This document shows positions 19,602 to 29,980 of a stretch of 64,000 nucleotides of DNA, piece by piece (position 1 is the stretch's first letter; every line of letters starts with the position of its first letter). The stretch is taken from NCBI GenBank assembly GCA_034439575.1, contig JAWXAQ010000002.1, positions 128,001 through 192,000 on the forward strand, written 5' to 3'. The notes under the pieces were generated by a model. It was not told the origin of the DNA, searched no databases, and worked only from the letters and a program-made list of their open reading frames with translations. A program made the translations under genes and the position numbers. This DNA comes from Leptospira sp. Lineage in GTDB: Bacteria > Spirochaetota > Leptospiria > Leptospirales > Leptospiraceae.

Positions 19602-20483
19602 TTACAAATATCGTTTAAAAAAACTAACCGATCTTTTTTCCGCCTCATCTTTGTTTGTATTCCAAATCCTTTCATGTCGACTACAGACAGGAATCCAGAT
19701 TTCTTTTGGTTCTTTGGCAGCAGAAAAAAGTCGATCTGCATGTTTGGAATCTACGTAATCATCATGATCACAATGAAAAATGGAAATGGGTCTAGGTGAG
19801 ATATTTCCAATTTTTTGTTCTGGAATCACAGTCTCTATTTCCATAGAACCACGCATATTTAAAACGAATTGGACAATAGGTATAAGAGGATAATAAGGAA
19901 TTCCAAAATCTCTTTTTGCCGATTCTGACATTACATCCATAGCTGACGCATAGCCACTGCTAAATAAGCCAGCTTTGACACGTTTGTCTTTTTCCATTGT
20001 TAATATACTTGTTGCGGCACCCATAGAAAATCCAAAGAGCCCGATCGAATCCATTTTTTTCTCGTTTAACAAATAGTCGATGGCAGAGACAACATCAGAG
20101 GTTTCATAATAACCCATACTAGCGAAGGATCCAGAATTTCTTCTGAGACTCAGTGCAAGTAGATTGAATCCTGCTTTATTTAAGACGGGCGCGAATCTAA
20201 GACCTTCGTTACGCGAACCACCATGCCCATGAACAAAGATAATGACTTTTTTGGAACCTTTGGCTGGTATAAACCAACTTTCCAAAGTAAGACCACTAGG
20301 TGTATGGATCTTGACAGTTTCGTATTCCAAATTTAATTCTTTGGGAGTGTCGCAAAACACGTGGTGATCTTTATTACAGTTGACGGCAGGATAAAGCACA
20401 AGAGATGAAAAATACCACGGTATAAAGGATAAAATTAGAATAAGGACAATGAGCCCAAGGGTGATTTTGTGTGATTTTTTCAT
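19602..20483 (-). CDS. Alpha/beta hydrolase, membrane anchored
   Basis: LESWFIP, FVHGHGG, GFSMGAA, D and H near C-term. Confidence 0.88.
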   Translation of the reverse strand: MKKSHKITLGLIVLILILSFIPWYFSSLVLYPAVNCNKDHHVFCDTPKELNLEYETVKIHTPSGLTLESWFIPAKGSKKVIIFVHGHGGSRNEGLRFAPVLNKAGFNLLALSLRRNSGSFASMGYYETSDVVSAIDYLLNEKKMDSIGLFGFSMGAATSILTMEKDKRVKAGLFSSGYASAMDVMSESAKRDFGIPYYPLIPIVQFVLNMRGSMEIETVIPEQKIGNISPRPISIFHCDHDDYVDSKHADRLFSAAKEPKEIWIPVCSRHERIWNTNKDEAEKRSVSFFKRYL

Positions 20484-20608
20484 AAGGCAAATGATTGTGA
20501 TTGGCTTTCATTTTGTAAACAGACTTTTCGGTTTTGGCAAATATCTTTTCAAATTCAATTTTTTGTAGACTTAAACTCGGAATTTATGATTACTTTGTAG
20601 AACGTTTT

Positions 20609-21226
20609 ATGGACAAAATAGAAAAAGCCGCTTGGGAAATTCGAAACGAAAAAAATAAAGCTGGTGTAAGATGGTTACTCATCTTCATCATCGTACCTTA
20701 TCTTTCCTACTTATTATTTACAGGCAAATCTGTCGAGATTGGGCATGAAAATATTTTTAACTGGTATTATGTTCTATCCGTTGCCTCTTTTATCATCTCC
20801 GTAAACTTATTTGTCACCTTTTTATTGTTACGTGCTGTAAAAAAAGGTATGATTCAACCTTCTGTAAAATACTACACTATGATAGCTGATTTTTTGGCTG
20901 TCGCACTTGTCATGATTCCAACTGGTGGCAGTGAAAGTATGTTTTTTACTATCAATTATATTGTGATAGTTTCCAACAGCTTACGTTATGGATTGCGTAT
21001 CGCGATTCTTGGGACGATCGTTATGAATATTTTTTATATTGGAGTCCTCGCATTTCAGTATTATCCTGATAAAGAAATTGTAGGCGTCCAAAAAGAAATT
21101 TTAAAGGTCGGTGGTTTTTGGTTAGTCGGGATTTATACAGGTTATTTATCTATGCGTTTTGAAATTTTACGCGGCGAAATCGAACATTACCAAAAATTAT
21201 TAGCAGAAGCCCTCAAAAACAAATGA
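20609..21226 (+). CDS. Hypothetical integral membrane protein
   Basis: Probable ATG 20609; about 5-6 hydrophobic segments, TGGSESMF motif, short C-term helix. Confidence 0.7.
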   Translation: MDKIEKAAWEIRNEKNKAGVRWLLIFIIVPYLSYLLFTGKSVEIGHENIFNWYYVLSVASFIISVNLFVTFLLLRAVKKGMIQPSVKYYTMIADFLAVALVMIPTGGSESMFFTINYIVIVSNSLRYGLRIAILGTIVMNIFYIGVLAFQYYPDKEIVGVQKEILKVGGFWLVGIYTGYLSMRFEILRGEIEHYQKLLAEALKNK

Positions 21227-21591
21227 TGGAAAAAAAAGAAGAAGAACAAATTCCCGCAGGCATCGAAAGATCTCTCCGCAAAGGAAATATAAATTTTGAT
21301 TTTTTGCAACCAGAAGATGTCCCGAGTGACACAATCGAATCAGAAGTTTCCAATCGCAGATCAAATTCTCGCCAAGGAAAACGTGGGCTGTTTAATCGTG
21401 GCAGACCGCCGAGACCATTTAAAAAGTATCACCTTTATCTTGCTATATTGTTTTGCTTGGGCCAATTAGGTGCCATCATTGGAATTTCTCTTAGCCAACA
21501 ATACCTTTGGTTATTACTGATTCCCATTCTTCTTACTTTATTTTTGGGATCTTTGATTATGGTAACAATCCTTCTCGTAAGACCTCTTTGA
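21223..21591 (+). CDS. Hypothetical membrane protein
   Basis: ATGA overlap with upstream gene; charged N-term and two C-term TM helices. Confidence 0.65.
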   Translation: MMEKKEEEQIPAGIERSLRKGNINFDFLQPEDVPSDTIESEVSNRRSNSRQGKRGLFNRGRPPRPFKKYHLYLAILFCLGQLGAIIGISLSQQYLWLLLIPILLTLFLGSLIMVTILLVRPL

Positions 21592-21668
21592 TTAAAAATC
21601 AAATTAATGATAAAATCAAAAAAGATATTATTTAATATATGATTTTATCAATCGAGACATTTTTTACA

Positions 21669-22412
21669 TTATGATTGTATAGTTACAATATTTACTTTAG
21701 TTTCTTTTCCATATAATATTTCATTCGCACGAAAACACAAACGATCCAATGTTTCTTCCAGGTGTTTAGCTTGTTTGGCGAGAGATGCTTCACTCAAATC
21801 CTCACTTGGTTGGATTGGTTCTCCGATAACTAATGCGACTCTTGAAAAGGGGAGAGGGAAACTCAAATCATCCCAATTCGAACTCACAACTCGCCTTGAA
21901 AATCCGACTCCTATTGGCACCACACAGCTGTTTGCTTTGGCGGCCATATAGACCACTCCAGGTTTTGCCTCATATATGGGTCCATGCGGTCCATCTGGGG
22001 CAACTAGAGCTGGAATACCACTTTGAATTTTCTTTATAAAATTCATGATACCAGCAGACTGTTTTCCAAGAGAGGCATCTAACACATCAAAGCCTAATGC
22101 TTTCAATGTCTTTAGTCCAATTTCACGAACGAAATGAGTTTTACTATTTTCATACTCTGCAGTTCTCGGATGATCGGAATAGATACATAAATTTCGATGA
22201 TGAAGACAAAAGACAGCGGCATCCACAAAGGTATGCCAGATAGCTACTATGTGGTTTTTTTTCTTGGTGCGAAGGATACGTAGATGATCCTCCCCTTCAA
22301 TTTGAAATTCTAATGTTGATTGGTAAATACTAAGAAGTATAGCTGCAAATGTAGAAAGTAGACTGGTACTAGCACGGTAAAGAGTACGTTTGATGGGATG
22401 AGCAGGCAACAT
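21669..22412 (-). CDS. Lysophospholipid acyltransferase family protein (DUF374-like)
   Basis: AIWH, APDGPHGP, KPGVVYMA, WDDLSFPLPF. Start taken as ATG 22412. Confidence 0.8.
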   Translation of the reverse strand: MLPAHPIKRTLYRASTSLLSTFAAILLSIYQSTLEFQIEGEDHLRILRTKKKNHIVAIWHTFVDAAVFCLHHRNLCIYSDHPRTAEYENSKTHFVREIGLKTLKALGFDVLDASLGKQSAGIMNFIKKIQSGIPALVAPDGPHGPIYEAKPGVVYMAAKANSCVVPIGVGFSRRVVSSNWDDLSFPLPFSRVALVIGEPIQPSEDLSEASLAKQAKHLEETLDRLCFRANEILYGKETKVNIVTIQS

Positions 22413-22545
22413 GCGACCAATTGGACATTTTTTCAAATAGTTGACGAGACATTTTTAGCATTCAAAGGTCTTGCAAAATTCCTCTATCATCTTAATTTTG
22501 TGGGAATCTTGGAACTAATTTCAAGATTTAAGGAATATCAATTTA

Positions 22546-23736
22546 ATGGAAATTCATGGCAATTGCCATAAACAGTTTCAGAAAGTAAGAGATACCTTCG
22601 AAAATAATTTTTATGATGAGGGTGAGATTGGTGCGGCTCTTTGTGTATTTCACAAAGGTAAAAAGGTCGTTGATTTATGGGCGGGATTTAAAAATGTAGA
22701 GAGAAGCGAACCATGGTTAGATGATACGATTGTTCCTTTCTTTTCTGTCACTAAGGGATTAACTGCTCTTTGCTTTGGTATGCTTGCTGATAAAAAAAAA
22801 TTATCTTATGATAAACTCGTTTCACACTACTGGCCCGATTTTGCAAATCACGGAAAAGAAAATATTACTGTTAAACAATTATTGGAACATACTGCTGGAC
22901 TACATTCATTGGGAACCAAATTGCAAATTTCTGATTTTTGGACAAATCCTGAAAAAGTATATAAAGCCTTAATTGACCAAAGACCAGCATGGACTCCTGG
23001 CGAGAAACAAGGGTATGGTGCTCAAATTTGGGGCGCATATGCGGCTGAACTTTTTAAAAGAATCAATGCTGAGACAGCAGGTACATTTTTTCAAAGAGAA
23101 ATTGCTAAAAAATTAAAATTAAACATTTATCTTGGTTTGCCTGAAAGTTCTGTTTCAAAAGTTGCGACCGTTTATCCTATATCAAACCTCAAAAGGATTT
23201 TATTTTTATTACCCCAAATAATAAAAGGTGAGGGAAGTGAAGGCAGAGCCGGTAGAGATGTGTTATTCGGTGATAGTGAAGTGAGCAAAGCCTACCTTAA
23301 TCCACAAGTTGGACTGAAAGGATTGAATACTTTTAATGATCCAGAATTACACAAACATGAGTTACTTTGGGCAAATGGAATTGGAGATGCACGTAGTTTA
23401 GCTACAATTTATAATATACTTGCCGTTGGTGGAAAAAAGGGAACATATAAATTATTAAGTTCTAGTTTATTGAAGAAGTTATCCGCAAAACATCCGCTAT
23501 ATTATGATATGGTGATTCATAAAAACATGGGTTGGAACTATGGTTTTTTGAAAGAAGAAGAAGGTATCTTTTCTCCCAATTCTGAAACCTTCGGTCATCC
23601 GGGTATGGGTGGGAGCTTATCATTTGCGGATACTAAGGATAAAATTGCATTTGGATATGTTTGCAATAAAATGGATTACCGAGTGAGGGCACCAAAGACT
23701 CTTAAATTATGCAAAGCCGTATATGATTCTCTTTAG
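22546..23736 (+). CDS. Serine hydrolase, beta-lactamase-fold esterase
   Basis: SxxK (FSVTK), LLEHTAGL, FGHPGMGGS. Confidence 0.92.
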   Translation: MEIHGNCHKQFQKVRDTFENNFYDEGEIGAALCVFHKGKKVVDLWAGFKNVERSEPWLDDTIVPFFSVTKGLTALCFGMLADKKKLSYDKLVSHYWPDFANHGKENITVKQLLEHTAGLHSLGTKLQISDFWTNPEKVYKALIDQRPAWTPGEKQGYGAQIWGAYAAELFKRINAETAGTFFQREIAKKLKLNIYLGLPESSVSKVATVYPISNLKRILFLLPQIIKGEGSEGRAGRDVLFGDSEVSKAYLNPQVGLKGLNTFNDPELHKHELLWANGIGDARSLATIYNILAVGGKKGTYKLLSSSLLKKLSAKHPLYYDMVIHKNMGWNYGFLKEEEGIFSPNSETFGHPGMGGSLSFADTKDKIAFGYVCNKMDYRVRAPKTLKLCKAVYDSL

Positions 23737-23831
23737 TTTTGATTATTGAATGTTAGGAGACCAAAGTATTTTATTTATCTTTTAAAAAAAACTATACTTT
23801 ATTTTGAGAATTTCTTATTTTTGGAGTTAAC

Positions 23832-24248
23832 ATGAAGAAATTATATACAGCAGTTATGACAGCAAGTGGTGGGAGATCCGGTGTTGTAAAATCACCTGAT
23901 GATAAATACAACTTTGCACTTTCCATGCCGAAAGAGTTACGTGGTGATGGTGGAGATGGGGTCAATCCAGAATTATTATTTGCGGCTGGGTATTCTGCCT
24001 GTTTTCATAGTGCGATGAAAGTTGTAGCTACAAAACAAAAGTTGGATATAGAAAATTCTTCTGTGACCGCTTCAATAGATATCGGCATGATTAGTGGTGG
24101 AGGGTTTGGACTTGCGGCTACTTTATCAGTAAACATTCCTGGAATGGATAAAGAAACGGCACAAGCATTAGTTGAATCAGCACATAAAGTCTGTCCTTAT
24201 TCAAATGCGACTAGAAATAATATAGAAGTAATGCTGGTGATCCTTTGA
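23832..24248 (+). CDS. ohr: Organic hydroperoxide resistance protein
   Basis: GGRSG, NPELLFAAGYSACF, AHKVCPYSNATR; RBS GGAG upstream. Confidence 0.95.
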   Translation: MKKLYTAVMTASGGRSGVVKSPDDKYNFALSMPKELRGDGGDGVNPELLFAAGYSACFHSAMKVVATKQKLDIENSSVTASIDIGMISGGGFGLAATLSVNIPGMDKETAQALVESAHKVCPYSNATRNNIEVMLVIL

Positions 24249-25411
24249 TTGGATCATTCAAATTTAAATCATTAATTTTATTTATATTATTTTTGTTAGG
24301 TGGATGTAGAAGTTCACTACCAGAGTCATTAAGCAAAATTGAACTTCGGGATGAAATTCATTCTCAACGCATTCCACTTGTTTTTGTACCAGGGATTAAG
24401 GGTTCTGTATTAAAGGATCAAAAAAATGCCACCATGTGGCTTACCGCTTTCCAAGCATTGGGTCTTTCCACTCCTGACCTCTCTCTAAAAAAATCATCAA
24501 ATCCATTCTTTCCGGTTGGTGCCATTGAACGAGTAACGCTCATACCTTATATCGTAGATGTTGCGCTATACGGTCCATGGCTTGAGCGTATGACTTTGGA
24601 AGAAGATTTTGATTTTTATGTTTTTTCCTATGATTGGAGAAAAGATAACATTAATTCAAGAGATGCGCTCAAAATATTTTTAGAGAAAATATCTAAAGCG
24701 TACAAACATAAACCAGTCTTAGTTGGACATTCAATGGGCGGAATGTTATCTTTTTCTGTAATCAATTCTGATCCAGATTTGGTGGACAAAGTAGTGTTAG
24801 TGGGCGTGCCTTTTAGAGGTGGCATCGGTTATATGAAAGACCTTTATTCTGGAAATTCTACGGGTTTCAATTCTAAAATTCAAGCACCTTGTACGATTGT
24901 TAGATATGAGTCAGTGTATTCCTTTTTTCCCAGATTAAATACTAAGGATTCGCAAGGCTTAGTATTGGATGATAAAGGTAAACCCATTCCTATCGATTTT
25001 TTTGCAGAGTCTTCATGGCGAGATAATAAATTAGGTTTTTACGGGAATCATTGCCAAGAAGATGATACTCCGAGTCAATTAGAATTTCAGAATATATTAA
25101 ATCGTGCAAAATTGTTTAGAGAATCACTGGATTTAAAATCTACATTACTAAACAAATCACCGCAAGCCCTTGTTGTGAATGCCAATAATCGACAAACAAG
25201 GAAATTCATCCAACACAAAGATGGAATGAATTTGCCATCTTGGGAAATAGATAATACTACGAAATCCGATGGAGATGGAAGTGTTTTATTTGAACATAGC
25301 CTTCCGCCTGAGGGTTTTAAATACAAAATGATTCAAACTGAATACGAGCACTCTCTTATGTTAAATGATAAATCTGTCCAGAATCAAATTCTTAATTTTC
25401 TTAGAAATTAA
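24245..25411 (+). CDS. Lipase/acyltransferase (LCAT-like alpha/beta hydrolase), lipoprotein
   Basis: Lipobox LLGGC, VFVPGIKGS, YDWRKD, GHSMGG, GDGSV, EHSLML. Confidence 0.85.
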   Translation: MIGSFKFKSLILFILFLLGGCRSSLPESLSKIELRDEIHSQRIPLVFVPGIKGSVLKDQKNATMWLTAFQALGLSTPDLSLKKSSNPFFPVGAIERVTLIPYIVDVALYGPWLERMTLEEDFDFYVFSYDWRKDNINSRDALKIFLEKISKAYKHKPVLVGHSMGGMLSFSVINSDPDLVDKVVLVGVPFRGGIGYMKDLYSGNSTGFNSKIQAPCTIVRYESVYSFFPRLNTKDSQGLVLDDKGKPIPIDFFAESSWRDNKLGFYGNHCQEDDTPSQLEFQNILNRAKLFRESLDLKSTLLNKSPQALVVNANNRQTRKFIQHKDGMNLPSWEIDNTTKSDGDGSVLFEHSLPPEGFKYKMIQTEYEHSLMLNDKSVQNQILNFLRN

Positions 25412-25501
25412 CTTTTTCAAAGAATAAGGATAGATTTTTGATAAGGAATTTGGGAAAATTGTATTATATTTTGAAATAAATAGACTAGAGAGTCCACTTA
25501 T

Positions 25502-26482
25502 ATGAAACAACCGAGCAAAGAATGGAAAGAAACCATTTTACCAACTGAAGAACAAATCTTCCAAAAATATTCTGAACCTTTCCGCCAATTACAAAGAAAA
25601 AAAAACAGTATGTATGGCAAGGGTCGTGGCTTACATAGAAAACAATTATTGGCACTTAAAGCGACTTTCGAAGTTTTAAAAGATATTCCCGCTCACGCAA
25701 AATTTGGGTTATTCGCCAAACCTAATAAGTACGATGCGACAATACGTCTTTCCAATGGTGGAATGGATAAAAAATCAGACTCTGTTCCAGACATTAGGGG
25801 CTTTTCCATAAAAGTTAATGATGTGAAAGGAGATGGCGCATTGGGAAAAAAAACGAGTTCCCAAGATTTTCTATTAATCAATCATGCTATTTTTTCTTTA
25901 CCTGATTTTGAATCCTTTATAAACTTAGTACTCGCATTAGGCGAAGGAATGCCGAGTTTAATAAAGTATTTATTTCAAAAGTATGGTTTTCTTGGTGGTT
26001 TTAAAAAGATTGGCGAAACAGCAAAAACAATGGGTAAACCTTTCACAAGTTTTGCGACAGAAAATTTTCATTCGGCGGCTCCGATTTCTTGCGGACCATA
26101 TGCTGTCAAAGTAAGATTGAATCCATCAAAAAAACCAAATGGTAAAAAAGCTGGTAAAGACTGGGCAGAAGATTTTTCAAAACATTTAGCAGAAGGAGAA
26201 TTGAGTTTTGATTTTCAATTGCAGTTTTTTGTTGATCCATTACAAACACCGATTGAAGATCCGACTGTAGAATGGCCAGAAGCAGAAACACCTTTTGTGA
26301 CTGTTGGTCGACTAACAATACCGATTCAGAATGTAGATCTTACAAATGCTTCTACGTTTGCATTAGAAGTAGAAAATTCAAAATTTGATCCTTGGAATGC
26401 GCTGTTGGATCATAAACCACTTGGTCAAATCATGCGCGCTAGAAAACATTATTACTTCCAAAGCCAACAAGAACGAAGCTAA
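25502..26482 (+). CDS. Catalase-like heme protein (short catalase-related peroxidase)
   Basis: RGLHRK (distal His), IRLSNG, DIRGFSIK, QDFLLIN, PLGQIMRARKHYY (proximal Tyr). Confidence 0.85.
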   Translation: MKQPSKEWKETILPTEEQIFQKYSEPFRQLQRKKNSMYGKGRGLHRKQLLALKATFEVLKDIPAHAKFGLFAKPNKYDATIRLSNGGMDKKSDSVPDIRGFSIKVNDVKGDGALGKKTSSQDFLLINHAIFSLPDFESFINLVLALGEGMPSLIKYLFQKYGFLGGFKKIGETAKTMGKPFTSFATENFHSAAPISCGPYAVKVRLNPSKKPNGKKAGKDWAEDFSKHLAEGELSFDFQLQFFVDPLQTPIEDPTVEWPEAETPFVTVGRLTIPIQNVDLTNASTFALEVENSKFDPWNALLDHKPLGQIMRARKHYYFQSQQERS

Positions 26483-26494
26483 TATTGGTTTATT

Positions 26495-26524
26495 AACGAC
26501 TGCTATTTTTTAATAGCGGTCGTT
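26495..26524 (+). terminator. Stem-loop downstream of catalase-like gene
   Basis: AACGACTGCTATT-N4-AATAGCGGTCGTT, 13-bp stem with one G-U pair; weak U tail. Confidence 0.6.
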
Positions 26525-26615
26525 CCTTCACTGATTCGTCAAAACACAGCTCCCTTTTTATTAAATTATTATAGTCATTTGAATCAAATAATTCTAAAAT
26601 GATATCCGGACTATC

Positions 26616-27974
26616 ATGATACCAATTTCAGAAGTAATTGAAATTTTACGGACTGTGGATTTATTCGCAGAGATACCTCATGAGTCTATCCACGAAATTG
26701 CTTCTTCATTGAAAGAAGATCATTTCAAAACTGGGGAAAGTATCATTCAAAAAGGTGATTCTGGAACATGTATGTACATTATTTACTCTGGGCGAGTTTT
26801 CGTACATTTTGATGACCAAAAAGTCGCAGAGATTGGCCAAAGGCAAACATTCGGCGAATTTTCTCTTTTAAATTCGGAACCGAGAAATGCATCTATAAGT
26901 GCACTTGAAGATACTCATTTGTTGAGATTGGACCAAGCTGATTTTTATGCAATTATGGGAAATAGCACTGAATTTATGCGCGGTGTGATTCGAATATTAA
27001 TTGTTCGCCTAGCAGAGCAAAACAATGAATTGATTGATACTTTAAAGAGAAGAGAAGTTGAGCTAACTCGTAAAGTAGAAGAACAAACCAAAGATTTGAT
27101 CAGTGCTATTTTGGAAATACAATCTCAGAATGATAATTTAGAAAAATACAACAAAGAAGTAATTGAACAGAAAAAAGAAATCGAAAGAAAGAATCATGAT
27201 ATAACGGAAAGTATACGTTATGCGAGAACGATTCAACAATCCATACTTCCAAGTCGAGAATTGATTTCTTGGGCATTGCCAGAATCTTTTATCCTTTTTA
27301 AACCTCGCGATGTTGTGAGTGGGGATTTTTATTGGTTCACTTCAAAGTCAGTTATAATTGAAAATATAGAAGAGACTGTCGTTGTCATCGCAGCGGCTGA
27401 CTGTACAGGCCACGGAGTTCCTGGCGCCTTTATGTCTATGATCGGAAATAGTTTGCTCAATGATATTGTCAATGCACGTGGTGTATATGAACCAGATGAG
27501 ATTTTGAATTTATTGCACAGAGGTGTTAGGTATTCCTTGAACCAAGAAATGACAGAAAGTCGTGATGGAATGGATATATCTTTGTGTACAATTCACTTAG
27601 AAAAAAAGATCATCAAATATGCAGGGGCAATGAACTCACTCTATTATATGCAAAATAATGTTTTAACAGAGATAAAAGCAGATCGTAGATCAATTGGTGG
27701 GACACAAAAAGAAGGCCAGCGAATTTTCACCAAACATGAAATAGATGCAAACACCCCATCCACATTTTATCTAACAACTGATGGTTATTTAGATCAATTT
27801 AGCGGTCTCGATCATAAAAAATTTATGTCAAAAAGGTTTAAGGATCTAATCGAAGAAATTCATAGCAAACCAATGGCGGAACAAAAAATTATTTTTGATA
27901 CAAATATGAAGTCATGGATGGATGGCTGTGAACAAATAGATGATATTTTAGTGATAGGTGTAAAAATTCCTTAG
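26616..27974 (+). CDS. cNMP-binding domain + coiled coil + SpoIIE/PP2C Ser/Thr phosphatase
   Basis: FGEFSLLNSEPRNAS cassette; VSGDFYW, ADCTGHGVPGA, DGMD, TDGYLDQF, QIDDILVIG. Confidence 0.92.
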   Translation: MIPISEVIEILRTVDLFAEIPHESIHEIASSLKEDHFKTGESIIQKGDSGTCMYIIYSGRVFVHFDDQKVAEIGQRQTFGEFSLLNSEPRNASISALEDTHLLRLDQADFYAIMGNSTEFMRGVIRILIVRLAEQNNELIDTLKRREVELTRKVEEQTKDLISAILEIQSQNDNLEKYNKEVIEQKKEIERKNHDITESIRYARTIQQSILPSRELISWALPESFILFKPRDVVSGDFYWFTSKSVIIENIEETVVVIAAADCTGHGVPGAFMSMIGNSLLNDIVNARGVYEPDEILNLLHRGVRYSLNQEMTESRDGMDISLCTIHLEKKIIKYAGAMNSLYYMQNNVLTEIKADRRSIGGTQKEGQRIFTKHEIDANTPSTFYLTTDGYLDQFSGLDHKKFMSKRFKDLIEEIHSKPMAEQKIIFDTNMKSWMDGCEQIDDILVIGVKIP

Positions 27975-27985
27975 TCACATTTTTC

Positions 27986-28012
27986 TTGACAATTAATGTT
28001 TTTATCTATAAT
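27986..28012 (+). promoter_or_regulatory. Putative sigma70 promoter
   Basis: TTGACA (27986-27991), 15-nt spacer, TATAAT (28007-28012); spacer is short. Confidence 0.5.
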
Positions 28013-28019
28013 CAATAGA

Positions 28020-28448
28020 ATGAAAAACGCTTATCTTATTTTCCTTGTTTTCGTTTTAAATTTTTCCTTACTTGCAAATCCTGCTAAAAAATCGGAAGAG
28101 ATGTGTTCCTGTCTAAAAATTGCAAAAGCTTCAAATTTAGACAAAGACAAAAAGAAATGTCTTACTTTGAGAGAAAAACATGTTAAAGCATTGAAGAAGG
28201 GTTCGGCGGATTATGATACTTATCTTAAGTCATTAACAGTATGCGAGAATCAAATGAGCGATGCCAAGCCCATCGATCCAAATTTATCCTTCGAAGAAAA
28301 AGTAGCAGAAGTCTGTGATTGTTTTAAAACCAGTGCCAAAAGCCAACGTATGTTATGCTTTAAACTCCAAAGCGACTATGGCAAAACGATTGAAGATCCA
28401 GAAAAGAAAAAAGAATTTAATTTATCTACAAGTAGTTGTGATCAATAG
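28020..28448 (+). CDS. Secreted Cys-rich hypothetical protein with internal duplication
   Basis: Signal peptide from ATG 28020; EEMCSCLK...C...C repeated as AEVCDCFK...C...C. Confidence 0.75.
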   Translation: MKNAYLIFLVFVLNFSLLANPAKKSEEMCSCLKIAKASNLDKDKKKCLTLREKHVKALKKGSADYDTYLKSLTVCENQMSDAKPIDPNLSFEEKVAEVCDCFKTSAKSQRMLCFKLQSDYGKTIEDPEKKKEFNLSTSSCDQ

Positions 28449-28473
28449 TTTTTACTGTTTATAAATATCTAAC

Positions 28474-29868
28474 TTAAGCTGGGAATTCAAGTGTGACTTG
28501 AGTTCCATTCTTAAAATGAGTAGATACACTGCCATTTAATTGTTTTGAAAGTTCGTCAACTAACAAGTGTCCAAAACCATTTGTTTTTGTATTGGGATGT
28601 GAATCATTTATGATTTTTGCAATGCCATTGTCTTTAATTTGAATGGAAATAGTTTCCTTATTGAGATTGGCTGAGACTTTAATTTTGGGGTCTGGATGAT
28701 TTTTAAATGCGTGTTTAATAGTATTTGTAATCAGTTCATTGACGATAATACCTAATAATTGCATTCTTTTTGCATCGATTAAAAAGTCTTGAATGGCCTT
28801 TTCCACATGAATCATAAATGCATTTGGTAAGTTATTAAATATTTCATCGATTAATGCAGATAAATAAACCGTTGAACTTATCTCTTCAAAATTTGCAGAA
28901 TGAAAAAGTTTATCGTATAACAAAGCCATCCCTTTAATTCGCCTTGCCGAATCTTCTAAGGCTTCACAAGCGTTTGTATCTGTTATAGTTGTTGCCTGCA
29001 TACTTAGCAAACTGTACAACATACTCATATTATTTTTGATTCTATGATGAACTTCTTTAAGTATCACTTCTTTTTCTGAAAGAAGACTGGTAATTCTTTT
29101 TTCAGTATCTTTACGATCTGTTATATCTCTTATGAGTGCGATAAATCTAGGCTCTTCTTGATTAAGAATTTCCTTTTTTGCAACAGAAACTTCAAACCAC
29201 AATTTTCCTATGGGAACCTCCATTTCATATTGATTTCCGAAAGATCTACCAGAGACATTGGCTTCATGGATCGCTTTCATCGCCACATCAGATACATTAG
29301 GTGGAAGAATATCAGTAACATATTTTCCTATAAATTGTTCTTTAGGTACAAGGAGCAGATCATCACGATTTGAGTGATAGTCATGGAATTTACCATTCAA
29401 ATCCATTTCCAACATTAAATCAGGAAGTGCTTTCAGTGTTGCAGTTAATTTATTTTTCGTGTCATTTAAACTTTGAGTCGTTTCAAACAATTTGAATGCC
29501 ATTTTAAGTGATATATCAAGAGTGATTTTATCGGAAGTTTTTGTGATATATCCGTATGATGTTATCTGTTCCGTTAATGCAATGATTTCTGGTTCTATAT
29601 GACTTGAAAAAAAAACGATAGGCAGATTTTTAAATTTTAAGATTTCTTTCGCAGTGTCTGGACCATTCAGTCCTTCTCCTAAATCTATATCCATGAGAAC
29701 AAGATCAACTTTCAGTGATCCTAATATTCTGGCAATGGCAGTTTCACCATTTGGACAATGAATGTACGAATAACCCAATGATTCCAATATTTTCCCATTG
29801 CCCTTCGCAAAGATATGATCATCTTCAACAATTAAAATAACTTTATTAAGGGATATTGGTTCATGCAT
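28474..29868 (-). CDS. Hybrid sensor: receiver + PAS + HisKA_2-type histidine kinase
   Basis: ILIVEDD...LMDIDL receiver, PAS, EVHHRIKNN, NELITNTIKHAF, DNG, GFGHLLV. Start taken as ATG 29868. Confidence 0.92.
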   Translation of the reverse strand: MHEPISLNKVILIVEDDHIFAKGNGKILESLGYSYIHCPNGETAIARILGSLKVDLVLMDIDLGEGLNGPDTAKEILKFKNLPIVFFSSHIEPEIIALTEQITSYGYITKTSDKITLDISLKMAFKLFETTQSLNDTKNKLTATLKALPDLMLEMDLNGKFHDYHSNRDDLLLVPKEQFIGKYVTDILPPNVSDVAMKAIHEANVSGRSFGNQYEMEVPIGKLWFEVSVAKKEILNQEEPRFIALIRDITDRKDTEKRITSLLSEKEVILKEVHHRIKNNMSMLYSLLSMQATTITDTNACEALEDSARRIKGMALLYDKLFHSANFEEISSTVYLSALIDEIFNNLPNAFMIHVEKAIQDFLIDAKRMQLLGIIVNELITNTIKHAFKNHPDPKIKVSANLNKETISIQIKDNGIAKIINDSHPNTKTNGFGHLLVDELSKQLNGSVSTHFKNGTQVTLEFPA

Positions 29869-29980
29869 ATATGATAATAAAAACAATTCCAGTTCTAGAG
29901 TATAATAAATCCGACGGGAATATATGAGGTAAAAATACAGGAAATAAAAATTATTTGGAAATTTATTTCATTTTTTTAAT

